Shown: piece by piece, positions 1-9,402 of the stretch | How the letters are laid out: each line of letters opens with the position of its first letter | Numbering within the stretch: position 1 is the first letter of the stretch | Source of the DNA: Candidatus Poseidoniales archaeon | GTDB taxonomy: Archaea; Thermoplasmatota; Poseidoniia; Poseidoniales; Poseidoniaceae | Assembly: GCA_009887195.1 (NCBI GenBank) | Contig: QXXX01000073.1 | Coordinates: 2,000 to 65,999 of the forward strand | Reading direction: 5' to 3' | DNA length: 64,000 bases | Made by a program: the position numbers and the translations under genes | Notes under the pieces: generated by a model | Seen by the model: only the letters and a program-made list of their open reading frames with translations | Databases searched by the model: none | Told to the model about the DNA's origin: nothing

Positions 1-155
1 GCTGATAGTGCAGCAAGTGCAGGATGCATGCCTCTACCGGCGACTAAATAATCGTCAGTAGTATCTTCCTTAACACGCATAGAGGCTAATCCAACACCAG
101 CAAAAATGCCCATGAAGAGCAAAAAAGACAATAAAATCAATATTTCATCTGACAT
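1..155 (-). CDS. Sodium:solute symporter (SSF family), N-terminal fragment truncated by the window edge
   Basis: The reverse complement of 1-155 starts with ATG (complement of 153-155) and translates to MSDEILILLSFLLFMGIFAGVGLASMRVKEDTTDDYLVAGRGMHPALAAL. A TM helix followed by a D-Y-x-x-AGR motif is typical of PutP/SSF symporters. It sits 5 nt downstream of the dph5 stop on the same strand. Confidence 0.5.
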   Translation of the reverse strand, partial: MSDEILILLSFLLFMGIFAGVGLASMRVKEDTTDDYLVAGRGMHPALAALS

Positions 156-159
156 TTTT

Positions 160-1044
160 TCACATCTCCTGTGTCCATCGAAGTAGAGCCTTCTCTTCAA
201 CATCACTCGTACTTGCTGGGAAAACTAAACAGTTCATTGCGCCACCAGGAAGGTTGGCTAAATTCGCTAAATCAGTGTATATCATGCTTTGCTGTTTAGT
301 CCCCATATCACTACACAGCACGACTTTAATCTCAGCTAGAGAACTGCTCGTCATAAGTTTCAATGATTGTACTTTTATGGCGTCTTGTGGAGACTCTAAT
401 GGGAATTCATCAATCGTGCTGTTTACTTTGTCAATCATCGCTTTAACTGAGTCGACAGCATCACTTGGCATCATCGGTTTTTGCTGGCCAGTCCCGGCAC
501 CAGTTGGGTCTAAATCGAGTAATGCAAGAGTATGATGCCCGAGCGCACTATTGAGCGCAATGACCTCAAGGGGGGAGGTTGCAACCCATCCAGAATAGGG
601 ATATGTCAAAGTTGTTTGACGGCCAAATTTGTAATTTGACAAGCCAATAGCTCCAGTAACTAGGCCAGTGATTGAGATTCCGTGTATTACTCGACAATAA
701 ATTCCCGCTGCTTCGGCTTGTAATTGTAAGTCAACGTGAGTTGTGGCTTGCAATGGATCGCCAACAATCAACAAAGCAACTAGATTATCCCTTGCCAAAG
801 CAAACAACTCTTCTGGATTTTCAACTTCTGGCCGCATAACTCTGGTAATTTCCCCAACCGTTTTTTCTAGACTTGCTAATTGGTCTTCAGGCCACAATGC
901 AGTATATGCTTCATAGCGCCGATAATCAGCTACTTTTGCTGCATCAAGCGCTTCACTGGTAGCCAATGCAACATCACCAGGGCCAATCCCAATCAAGAGT
1001 AAACCTGTTTTCTGGTCGCTATCTTGGATATCCGCCATGCTCAA
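160..1044 (-). CDS. dph5: Diphthine synthase (tetrapyrrole-methylase-fold SAM methyltransferase for EF-2 diphthamide)
   Basis: 294-aa ORF with LLLIGIGPGD near the N-terminus and overall tetrapyrrole-methylase fold signatures, an archaeal/eukaryotic-only enzyme. The short N-terminal extension suggests the true start may be the second Met. Confidence 0.7.
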   Translation of the reverse strand: MSMADIQDSDQKTGLLLIGIGPGDVALATSEALDAAKVADYRRYEAYTALWPEDQLASLEKTVGEITRVMRPEVENPEELFALARDNLVALLIVGDPLQATTHVDLQLQAEAAGIYCRVIHGISITGLVTGAIGLSNYKFGRQTTLTYPYSGWVATSPLEVIALNSALGHHTLALLDLDPTGAGTGQQKPMMPSDAVDSVKAMIDKVNSTIDEFPLESPQDAIKVQSLKLMTSSSLAEIKVVLCSDMGTKQQSMIYTDLANLANLPGGAMNCLVFPASTSDVEEKALLRWTQEM

Positions 1045-1057
1045 ACCTCAGTGATGC

Positions 1058-2167
1058 TTGGACAGGGCGAAGCGTATGCGTCATTTGATAGTGCCGAGTG
1101 TTGATACCCAACATTGGTTGGAGGTTCTGAAAACTAACAATTGGTTGGTTTCAGGCCTTGGCGTAGTTACTATAGAAACGGGTGAAAAAGGCTTGCCGCT
1201 TGCTGAACATGCCCCACAAGAAGACGATCCGATTTGGTTGGGACTAACCCACGCATTAATGGCAAGAGAGGTTAACAAAATTAAACACTGGAGTGACCTG
1301 TTAGATCGAGAATTATATCAACAATTTGAACAATATTGGCCACGGTCATATGAAATGGTTGGGGATGTACTGATTGTCCGCTTGGAAGAAGAGGTCAAAC
1401 AACATCAAGACCTAATTGCTGAGGCTATGCTAGAAAGAATTTCAAGTGCCAGAATCATATGCGCGGATAATGGAGTTACAGGCAAATTCCGCGTTCGAGA
1501 TATTTCTCCGATATTAAGCAGGGACGGCAACATTTCAACATTAACAAAAATACGAGAAAACGGCCACAACATCATTATTGATCCCGCTAAAGCATACTTT
1601 TCCTCTAGGCTATCGACTGAGCGAGAAGGCAACGTTGTTGCGGCAAAACAGCTGGCTAATTTACTTGACCGACCAATTACCATATCCGACCCCTACGCTG
1701 GAGTTGGCCCTGCACTACCTAGTCTAATTGCCACCGAAGGACTAGTTGAAGCAATCTTTGCGGGTGATTTAAATCCAGATGCGGTCGAACTTCTAAGATA
1801 TAATCTCAAATCACAGGTTAACAAGGCCAACTATGATTTTGATAACCAAGCATTCTGCATGGATGCTAGAAAGTGGCGTAGTGACAAAAACCTCACAGGC
1901 TCTACAGATTTATTATTGGTCAATTTACCTCATGATACAATTGAGCACCTTACTGACCTGTTTCCTTTGATGTGTAAGGGAACTATGTCTTTGATTCGTG
2001 GCTGGGCTATTGTTGAAAGACAAAACTTAGATGGTGTCAGAGAATTAATCGAACAGAAACTAATCCAACACGGTGCTAGAGAAATTTCTCTTACATGCAA
2101 GGAAATCAAAGGTTTTTCAGCTAGCAAAATTTTCATCCGTATAGAATCATGGCAAATCTTCCCTTAG
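1058..2167 (+). CDS. trm5: tRNA (guanine37-N1)-methyltransferase, Trm5/Taw2 family class I SAM-dependent methyltransferase
   Basis: 369 aa. The DPYAGVGPALPS...FAGDLNP motif arrangement (SAM motif I followed by D/N-P-P-like motif) and length match archaeal Trm5/Tyw2. Confidence 0.6.
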   Translation: MDRAKRMRHLIVPSVDTQHWLEVLKTNNWLVSGLGVVTIETGEKGLPLAEHAPQEDDPIWLGLTHALMAREVNKIKHWSDLLDRELYQQFEQYWPRSYEMVGDVLIVRLEEEVKQHQDLIAEAMLERISSARIICADNGVTGKFRVRDISPILSRDGNISTLTKIRENGHNIIIDPAKAYFSSRLSTEREGNVVAAKQLANLLDRPITISDPYAGVGPALPSLIATEGLVEAIFAGDLNPDAVELLRYNLKSQVNKANYDFDNQAFCMDARKWRSDKNLTGSTDLLLVNLPHDTIEHLTDLFPLMCKGTMSLIRGWAIVERQNLDGVRELIEQKLIQHGAREISLTCKEIKGFSASKIFIRIESWQIFP

Positions 2168-2375
2168 AAGCGTTCACTTCATCAATCACCTATGTTTCCC
2201 ATTGTCCATGGGCACAGTAGTAAACTGCGTTTGCGGGGTAGAAATTGACATCACCGGAGTCACCCCCAAGAAAAACGGTACTAAGGTCTGGTGTCGCGTT
2301 TGTGGCGCAACGACCATTCATCACCACGATTAATATCAGCAATTTGTTCATTAGCCGGGCTTATAACCGCTATTT

Positions 2376-2795
2376 GTGACGGATTTAGTGACTAAGATAG
2401 ATGAGCGTGGCATGGCTATTTCGCCGGTACTGCCAGAAGATTGTAAGAATTTCTTGATTGATATAGACGGTACTATTTGTGAAGATATTCCCAATGAAGA
2501 GCCAGAACGTATGGCGACCGCTGAATGCTATGATGGCGTTGTAGAACAGATCAACAAATGGTACGACCAAGGACATCAAATTTGCTTTTTTACCGCGCGG
2601 GCAGAAGAACACCGTTCAGTTACTGAACAATGGCTTGCAAATCATGGTTTCAAGTGGCACACCTGTTTGTTTGGCAAACCACGCGGAGGCAATTATCACT
2701 GGATAGACAACCACATTGTTCGGGCGACTAGGTTCAATTCTAAGATGACAGAATTTGTCAAGAAAATGGTTGAGGTAGAAGTCTTTGACGATTAA
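2376..2795 (+). CDS. HAD-superfamily hydrolase-like small protein
   Basis: 139 aa with an LIDIDGTICED motif (HAD motif I, DxDGT). It has a GTG start in this frame, and an alternative ATG lies 12 codons downstream. Confidence 0.4.
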   Translation: MTDLVTKIDERGMAISPVLPEDCKNFLIDIDGTICEDIPNEEPERMATAECYDGVVEQINKWYDQGHQICFFTARAEEHRSVTEQWLANHGFKWHTCLFGKPRGGNYHWIDNHIVRATRFNSKMTEFVKKMVEVEVFDD

Positions 2796-2802
2796 TCAAC
2801 AA

Positions 2803-3390
2803 CTAATCCTCTTTTTTAGATGAAAACCAACTTCCGACTTTGTCATAAATTCCTTCTTCGAAGGCGGCAATTTTCTTAACGGTCTTGTTAGTTGTTGGTT
2901 TGTCTTCCTTTAGTATAGGCACCATTGATGACCAAACCCCTTCGCCTTTAATTCGCGAATAAATTGCCGCCCCAATATGAAGTATAATCAACAGGTAACT
3001 GATATCAGCCACTAAGCCATGCAAATCTAATACCACATCCATCACGGTTTGCTCTTCATCAGGTGTGGCATTTATGGTATATCCTTGATTATACAATCCA
3101 GCAATCATCAAGCCGGTTAATGGGAGTAGAATAAAACAGGCATACATTGCTTTGTGGACTGAACGAGCGAAGTAATAATGGACGATATGTACGGGTTCTC
3201 TTGCCCCCAAGAGAGTCTTGAAACGCCTCATGTAAGAATATCTTAAGGTCACAACAATGATAAAAGCCGTGGCAAAAATAATCTCGGAAATAAGTAGACC
3301 GCTGTCTTCAAGATCTTCCAAAGCGTTCACTTGTTTGAAAATACCATACACATACAATAAAACGAAACTCCAATGAATGGTCTTTGCCAT
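2803..3390 (-). CDS. Cytochrome b561-like four-helix membrane protein (PF01292-like)
   Basis: 195 aa with four predicted TM helices. It has HW at the start of TM1 and conserved His residues in TM2/TM3 (HIVHYYFARSVH), the pattern of bacterial cytochrome b561 / Ni-Fe hydrogenase b-type cytochrome. Confidence 0.4.
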   Translation of the reverse strand: MAKTIHWSFVLLYVYGIFKQVNALEDLEDSGLLISEIIFATAFIIVVTLRYSYMRRFKTLLGAREPVHIVHYYFARSVHKAMYACFILLPLTGLMIAGLYNQGYTINATPDEEQTVMDVVLDLHGLVADISYLLIILHIGAAIYSRIKGEGVWSSMVPILKEDKPTTNKTVKKIAAFEEGIYDKVGSWFSSKKED

Positions 3391-3443
3391 TTTAGTATGA
3401 CTTTTTACAATAAAACCCCCTAGATTTTATTCAAACATTTAGT

Positions 3444-4937
3444 TTAACGATTAGTGATTAAATGGTGGATAGTTCTAACGTGAACTCCAGTTGCCCCATT
3501 CTTTACCATGGAATTACTTTTTGCACCCCAGTAAGTTCCAGCTATGTCCATATGTGCCCAGGTTATTTGCTCACCGTCTTTATCAAAATCTCGGTTTGGT
3601 ACGAATTGCTTCAGGAACGCAGCAGCAGTATTTGCGCCACCATAGCGGCCAGCGCCAAGGTTTCTAGTATCAGCAATCTTTGAATCGGTCATTTCTTTTT
3701 CAAATGCTGGAAGTAATGGCATTGGCCAAGCAAGTTCGTCAACAGCATTTCCTGCTTCATGTATTTCAGTTCTGAAATCATCATCATTAGACCAAAGCCC
3801 AGTTGCCTCATGGCCAAGTGCGACTACACAAGCGCCGGTTAGGGTCGCAAAGTCAATGATAAATTCAGGATCATATTCTCCGGCCTTCCACAAACCATCT
3901 GATAGAACGAGCCTTCCTTCTGCATCAGTGTTTAGCACTTCAATAGTCTTGCCAGATAATCCCTTGATGACATCGCCAGGACGTGTAGCATTGGCTGCAG
4001 GCATATTTTCTGCCATACAAGTAATCGCAACAACCTTGCCCTCATGACCTGTTTGTGCGAGAGCTTCCATAGTACCAAAGACAGTAGCAGAGCCACCCAT
4101 ATCATATTTCATTTCGTCCATATTTGCGCCAGGCTTTAGAGAAATTCCACCGGTATCAAAAGTAATTCCTTTACCAACTAGCACAGGGCATCTGCCTTTG
4201 ACATTTTTATTCATTTCAAAAATGACCATGCATGGTTTACGAGATGAGCCTTTGCCAACTGCGACCAGTCCACCCATTCCAGCTTTGATTGCTTGCTCAT
4301 AATTAATAATGGTAACATCAACATTGTCGAAATCCTTAGCCCATTCCCATGCCATATCGGCAAATACTTCAGGGTACATGTCATTTGGTGGACAGTTGCC
4401 AAGATCTCTTGACAGATGCACGCCTTTGGTGATTCCACGGTATTTGTTTACTAGAGTAGACAACTCTTCTGATTCTTTTTCGCTACAAGTAAGTCTAACC
4501 TGGTGCTCAGAATCGGTTTCTTCTTCGTCTTTCATTTTATATTCATCATAAGAATAATTTCGCAACATCATGCCTTCAGCAAAGGCAGCCATGTGAGCTA
4601 CGCCCGCTTCGGTGAACCTAACGGTGAAATCATTGCCGTGAACCTTTTTGATGCTAGCAAAAACCGCAGCGCCAGATTTTCTAAAGTCGTGAACAGAAAC
4701 TTCACCAGATTTACCTAGTCCAGCAAGAATAACCTTGCCATCTTCTCCCCCAATTAGCGACATTGTGGACTTCTTTTTGGCTTTGAAATCACCGTCAGCC
4801 AAAACTCGGTTGATTTGAGATTTCATTCCTTGAGGCAAGCCTCTTTCACATTCTTCAGGTATTTCTTCTACCCCTTCATACATTGGTAAAATCAGTGTTC
4901 CATTGATATTGTCACTTGCGCTTACAGTAATTTCCAT
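3444..4937 (-). CDS. pepA: Leucyl aminopeptidase, peptidase family M17
   Basis: Carries the NTDAEGRLVLSDGL signature of M17 aminopeptidases plus the upstream catalytic Lys/Asp region. The ORF extends to 5000, but the internal Met (MEITVSASD) at 4937 avoids a 28-nt overlap with the upstream M14 gene. Confidence 0.8.
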   Translation of the reverse strand: MEITVSASDNINGTLILPMYEGVEEIPEECERGLPQGMKSQINRVLADGDFKAKKKSTMSLIGGEDGKVILAGLGKSGEVSVHDFRKSGAAVFASIKKVHGNDFTVRFTEAGVAHMAAFAEGMMLRNYSYDEYKMKDEEETDSEHQVRLTCSEKESEELSTLVNKYRGITKGVHLSRDLGNCPPNDMYPEVFADMAWEWAKDFDNVDVTIINYEQAIKAGMGGLVAVGKGSSRKPCMVIFEMNKNVKGRCPVLVGKGITFDTGGISLKPGANMDEMKYDMGGSATVFGTMEALAQTGHEGKVVAITCMAENMPAANATRPGDVIKGLSGKTIEVLNTDAEGRLVLSDGLWKAGEYDPEFIIDFATLTGACVVALGHEATGLWSNDDDFRTEIHEAGNAVDELAWPMPLLPAFEKEMTDSKIADTRNLGAGRYGGANTAAAFLKQFVPNRDFDKDGEQITWAHMDIAGTYWGAKSNSMVKNGATGVHVRTIHHLITNR

Positions 4938-4972
4938 ATTATCGCCTGCCACGCCGTATGGTAGGCAGCATT

Positions 4973-6379
4973 TCAATTCTCTTGTATTTCTGCAAGACAA
5001 TTATTGGCTAAATCTTCATCCTCTGGCTTCATAACAACGGCAAGGCCAATTATCGAAATTATCGTGGTTAGCGAATTAAACAAGCCAAAACCGGTCAGGA
5101 AACTAGCCTCATCTTCTGCAACTAAAGTGATGGCTTGCACGTCAATTTCTTCGGCAACCCACCTTGAGGCATTGATTACTCTAACTTGATAATACATCTG
5201 CCAACTTCCATCCTCGCTTGAATCTAGCCCGCTCGTATCCAAAGCAACCATTGTTGAATTGGTGGCATTTACAGTAAATGCCGAGGAGGTCCACTTAATT
5301 TGACCATTTGAATCAAGATATTGTAAAGTAGCATTAGACGTTGATGCATGTCCGTGATTAGCGACTTCAATTGTCACTTCGTCATCAGATACCTCAAGAG
5401 ATTGAACATCTAGTCTTGCGCGCCAGTACCACACATTGTTAATCAAGAATCTCATAACATCCATTTCTTCTCCTAATCGGTCGTTTAGATTCTCAAAAGA
5501 TCCGGGGACAAATTGTTCATCATCGGTTTCAAAGGTAAAAGTCGGATATCCCATTACGCCATAACCATAATCTCTACTGGTACCACAATTTGGGTACAAT
5601 CCCTGATTGGCATTTTGGATTGGAATACTAGATATGTTATCGTTAACATCATCTCTGATTTGATGGTATAATTCCCAATCAGCAGGCTGTTCGGGCCACT
5701 TGCCCCAAGGGTATAACATAATCCAAACACCCGTGTGCATGGTGACATACAAATCAGCGTCAGCAACTTCGGCGTTCATGTAGGCCGAATTTGCTGCGGT
5801 TTCAGATTCGCTGAAGGCACTACTTCCTGGTTGAGTTGTTGGACAAGTGTTCCAATAATGGTCGTAATTTCTATTCAAGTCAACTTGATTGATATTCCAT
5901 CGAGTATCGATGTCATTGCCATCAGGGTTTAGCATGATTAAAATGTGCAGCACGGTGTTTTGTAAAACATCGATCGCTTCTTGATTACCTTCTGCCCAGC
6001 CATTAATGTACCATTTTGCTGATAACCAAGCCAGTGCAGTGCCTAGGTATTCATTGCCGTGATGCCCCCCATCAATGTAAACGACTTCCTTTGCGCTTCC
6101 ATCGGATTTATTCTCGATAGACCAGTCAGATATCCTAACAACCCACAACGACTTACCTAATTCAGACTTTCCAACATCAGCTAGATCGACGATTTCGGGG
6201 TAGTCATCAGCCCATCCATTTACTTCCAGAGTTAAGGCAGCCCAAGTCATGTGAACGTGACTGTCTATCGGGTCACCAGGCCATGCTTCATCTTCCTTAG
6301 TATCAGACTGAGCAGAGGAAATTGGAATACTTGCCAGCAGCATACATAGGACAAGACCCACCGCAACTCGCATAGACAT
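4973..6379 (-). CDS. Secreted zinc carboxypeptidase, peptidase family M14, with a C-terminal membrane anchor
   Basis: Has an N-terminal signal peptide (MSMRVAVGLVLCMLLASIPISSA), the HGNEYLG zinc-binding motif of M14 carboxypeptidases, and a C-terminal hydrophobic helix (IISIIGLAVVM) followed by a short acidic tail. Confidence 0.75.
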   Translation of the reverse strand: MSMRVAVGLVLCMLLASIPISSAQSDTKEDEAWPGDPIDSHVHMTWAALTLEVNGWADDYPEIVDLADVGKSELGKSLWVVRISDWSIENKSDGSAKEVVYIDGGHHGNEYLGTALAWLSAKWYINGWAEGNQEAIDVLQNTVLHILIMLNPDGNDIDTRWNINQVDLNRNYDHYWNTCPTTQPGSSAFSESETAANSAYMNAEVADADLYVTMHTGVWIMLYPWGKWPEQPADWELYHQIRDDVNDNISSIPIQNANQGLYPNCGTSRDYGYGVMGYPTFTFETDDEQFVPGSFENLNDRLGEEMDVMRFLINNVWYWRARLDVQSLEVSDDEVTIEVANHGHASTSNATLQYLDSNGQIKWTSSAFTVNATNSTMVALDTSGLDSSEDGSWQMYYQVRVINASRWVAEEIDVQAITLVAEDEASFLTGFGLFNSLTTIISIIGLAVVMKPEDEDLANNCLAEIQEN

Positions 6380-6422
6380 CCCTAGCCGCTAAACAACAAA
6401 AACGCTTGCCTAACAGTTTACT

Positions 6423-6845
6423 TCACCAGTCGCTAGTAAACGCATTAGGATTGACAACTTTCTCTGATTCACGAGTCCAAATCTGTCCAGCATCGCCGCT
6501 GGAGTAAACATCGCCGAATGGGTCGATATCTTCGGTCTTCTTACTTCTCTGCATATAAGCCTCAACACTTTCCCTTAGATCTGGCTTAAACTTCCAGTAG
6601 TGAATACGCCATTCCCTGCCATCCCACAATGTTGTCTCTTCGCTTTCAGTAGTCAACAGACTGTAGTCTTGGAACATGTAAAACAGATTTCTATCGGTAG
6701 GCTCAAGGGCATTATCGATAATTCTGTTGTAAAAACCGAAAAACCCCAGTGCGTGTTCTGCCATTCCTTGAGCGACCTCACTATCCATATCTAAGTCGAT
6801 ATGTTGTTGAATGGCTTTAGTTAATTCCCCTAGTGTCATGCCCAT
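6423..6845 (-). CDS. Hypothetical protein
   Basis: 140-aa ORF with no recognisable motif. It is transcribed divergently from the speB operon and shares a 166-bp promoter region with it. Confidence 0.4.
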   Translation of the reverse strand: MGMTLGELTKAIQQHIDLDMDSEVAQGMAEHALGFFGFYNRIIDNALEPTDRNLFYMFQDYSLLTTESEETTLWDGREWRIHYWKFKPDLRESVEAYMQRSKKTEDIDPFGDVYSSGDAGQIWTRESEKVVNPNAFTSDW

Positions 6846-7011
6846 CTCAAAAAACCCCCGCCCCCGAACTTAGTGCCCGAGAACATTAATTATATTGTAC
6901 ACCGACCCATATTAAATCATCGGTGATTTTGGCCATTTTTTACCATAATTCGGAAAAACCCGCAGCAAATTTACACCAAACCCTCAATACTAAAATCATT
7001 CAGCAGGGTTC

Positions 7012-8010
7012 GTGGCAGAAGAGTTTGTTGAGGGCAATTTTCTAGGGCTTGCCAAACCTGATGGCAAGCCCGACATAGTTGTGTTATCCGTGCCATATGA
7101 ATTGACAACATCTTACGGCCAAGGAACGTCTGAAGGCCCTGCAGCATGTGTTGAGGCAAGCGGTCAAGTTGAGTTATTTGACCCGTTACTTGGTGAAGAT
7201 CTACCAGCAGGACTGCGCATTAGTACACCACCTGCATGGGACGGTGAAGGTAATAATTTGGCACAGCAACTAGACGGCATTTCCAACTTCCTAGCACCTT
7301 GGTATGATGGCAAGACCTTTCCAGTAATATTAGGCGGGGAGCATGGCATATTGCCTGCATTAGTCCACGCAGCAGGCAACCACCCGCTGGTTGATGGAGA
7401 TTTTTCAAAATTGACAATCGTTCAAATTGATGCTCATGCTGATTTACGAGAAGAGCTTGAAGGCGAGGTATTTTCACATGCCTGCGCAGCAGCCAGAGCA
7501 ATGGATTTCGGACTCAAGCATTTATTCCAAGTTGGAGTAAGGGCGTTTTCACAACACGAATATAATCGCATCCAAAGCGATGACAAAATAACCACTTATT
7601 TTGCCTCCGAAATTCAAAAATCTACAGATTCTACATGGGGTAATTGGCTCGATGAAATTAGCCAAATCGAAGGTCCGATACACCTGACAATCGACATTGA
7701 TGGCCTAGACGGTAGTTTAGTCCCGGCAACTGGCACCCCTGTCCCCGGAGGTCTGACTTTTTGGCAAACCGTCGAGACAATTCAAGCATTATTTTCGTCT
7801 GCTAAAGGAGTGGTAATCAGTATGGATGTAAATGAGATAGTGCCGCAAAAAGATACCCCGCTAACCCAATTTACTGCAGCAATATTGGCGACTAAAGGAA
7901 TCATCCACCATATCAATGCTAGAAGGGCAGGTAATTGGACTAAGCAAACAGTGGCAGGCCGCGAAATTAGTCAGCCAAAACCATCCACTTCATACTTTCA
8001 AAATCGATAA
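7012..8010 (+). CDS. speB: Agmatinase / ureohydrolase (arginase family); could be N1-aminopropylagmatine ureohydrolase
   Basis: Carries the arginase-family Mn-binding motifs GGEHGI, DAHADL and TIDIDGLDGS. It has a GTG start. Confidence 0.8.
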   Translation: MAEEFVEGNFLGLAKPDGKPDIVVLSVPYELTTSYGQGTSEGPAACVEASGQVELFDPLLGEDLPAGLRISTPPAWDGEGNNLAQQLDGISNFLAPWYDGKTFPVILGGEHGILPALVHAAGNHPLVDGDFSKLTIVQIDAHADLREELEGEVFSHACAAARAMDFGLKHLFQVGVRAFSQHEYNRIQSDDKITTYFASEIQKSTDSTWGNWLDEISQIEGPIHLTIDIDGLDGSLVPATGTPVPGGLTFWQTVETIQALFSSAKGVVISMDVNEIVPQKDTPLTQFTAAILATKGIIHHINARRAGNWTKQTVAGREISQPKPSTSYFQNR

Positions 8011-8030
8011 ACTAATACGGGGGAAATATA

Positions 8031-8414
8031 ATGTCAAAGGCACACGGATCTCATGTAATGGTCGACTATACTGATTTTTTTCCAAACACCCCCGAGTTAG
8101 GAAAGACCATGCTAAAACTCATGGAATCTACAATCGACAATAGTACTGCCAAAAGGGTTCATTCACACATTGAAATTTTTGATGGCGCTACTTCCCCTCC
8201 AGGCTTTGCTGCTGTTGTGCTACTTGATGAGAGTCACCTTTCAGCCCATTGCTATTCTGATAAAGGCTGGCTAGCGATTGATTGTTTTACTTGTGGCGGA
8301 ACTGATGCTGAAACAATTGTTGACGAAATCGATAAGCTGTTGAAACAATTATCTCCATCAATAGTGCTAGAGCAAAGGTCAACTGCTAAACGGTTTTTGC
8401 ATAGAGGTGAATAA
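8031..8414 (+). CDS. speH: Pyruvoyl-dependent decarboxylase of the archaeal SpeH family (S-adenosylmethionine decarboxylase proenzyme or its arginine-decarboxylase paralog)
   Basis: 127 aa. LLDESHLSAHCYSD matches the E-S self-cleavage site region of small archaeal AdoMetDC (ESHISIHTWPE-like). Its 3' end overlaps the DHS start by 8 nt. Confidence 0.7.
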   Translation: MSKAHGSHVMVDYTDFFPNTPELGKTMLKLMESTIDNSTAKRVHSHIEIFDGATSPPGFAAVVLLDESHLSAHCYSDKGWLAIDCFTCGGTDAETIVDEIDKLLKQLSPSIVLEQRSTAKRFLHRGE

Positions 8415-9366
8415 TTTGAGCATTAGAGAGTTCGTCAAGAATAATTATCACCATTTCAATGCAGGTGAGTTGAGTAAATCAGCACAATCATTGACTCAAT
8501 TTACCCTAGACGGTGGGCGCTTATTCATCACTTTAGCCGGGGCTATGAGTACCGCTAGGCTTGGTAAAACACTGGCGCCACTAATCAGGAGCGGCGTTGT
8601 TGCAGGGATTTCATGCACCGGGGCGAATCTAGAGGAGGACGTATTTTTACTGGTCGCTCAATCAAAATACGAATCAATCGATGATTGGCGAAGTTTGTCT
8701 AGCGAAGACGACGCTGAATTGCTCAACAGAAAACTAAACCGTGTTACCGATGTCTGTATTCCTGAAGACGCAGCAATTAGAGAAATCGAGCGAGTGATGC
8801 TACCACTTTGGCAGAATTATTCTGATAATGACCAAGGTAAATTACCTCATGAATTCTTTTTTGAGATCTTACAATCAGGGGACCTTAATATCGAGGGCAA
8901 TCCACAGGATAGTTGGGTTATGGCGGCGGCAGAAATGGCAGTTCCGTTATTTGTTCCAGGATGGGAAGATTCGACACTAGGCAACATTTTTGCCTCTCAT
9001 GTTATACAATCACAAATCAAACCCAATACAGTATTAAGCGGCATAAATTACATGACGAATTTGGCGAAATGGTACGAAAATCAACAAACTAAACTAGCAT
9101 TCTTCCAAATTGGCGGCGGGATTGCTGGTGACTTTCCAATTTGTGTTGTACCAATGCTTAACCAAGATCTCCAACGTTCAGTGCCTCTATGGTCATGGTT
9201 TTGCCAAATTAGTGAATCTAGTACCTCTTATGGAGGATACTCAGGCGCTCCACCTAACGAGAAAATAACTTGGGGAAAGTTGTCTACAGAAACGCCAAAG
9301 TTCGTAATTGAAAGCGATGCAACTATCGTTGCGCCACTAATTTTTGGCTATCTGCTTGACATGTGA
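8407..9366 (+). CDS. dys: Deoxyhypusine synthase
   Basis: 319 aa. ISCTGANLEEDV aligns with the conserved TAGGVEEDL region of the DHS NAD-binding fold. The GAMSTARLGK region matches the N-terminal DHS pattern. Confidence 0.7.
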   Translation: MNNLSIREFVKNNYHHFNAGELSKSAQSLTQFTLDGGRLFITLAGAMSTARLGKTLAPLIRSGVVAGISCTGANLEEDVFLLVAQSKYESIDDWRSLSSEDDAELLNRKLNRVTDVCIPEDAAIREIERVMLPLWQNYSDNDQGKLPHEFFFEILQSGDLNIEGNPQDSWVMAAAEMAVPLFVPGWEDSTLGNIFASHVIQSQIKPNTVLSGINYMTNLAKWYENQQTKLAFFQIGGGIAGDFPICVVPMLNQDLQRSVPLWSWFCQISESSTSYGGYSGAPPNEKITWGKLSTETPKFVIESDATIVAPLIFGYLLDM

Positions 9367-9402
9367 AGCAAGACTCATGAAGTAGCAATAATTAGCAAGG
9401 CC

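Noticed and set aside
2168-2375. The 208-bp gap between trm5 and the HAD-like gene contains the string gcggggtagaaattgacatcaccggagtcaccc, which superficially looks like a tRNA 5' end.
   Set aside because: It has no D-loop or T-loop consensus (no GTTC-type T arm and no properly paired acceptor stem), so it is most likely just a promoter or UTR.
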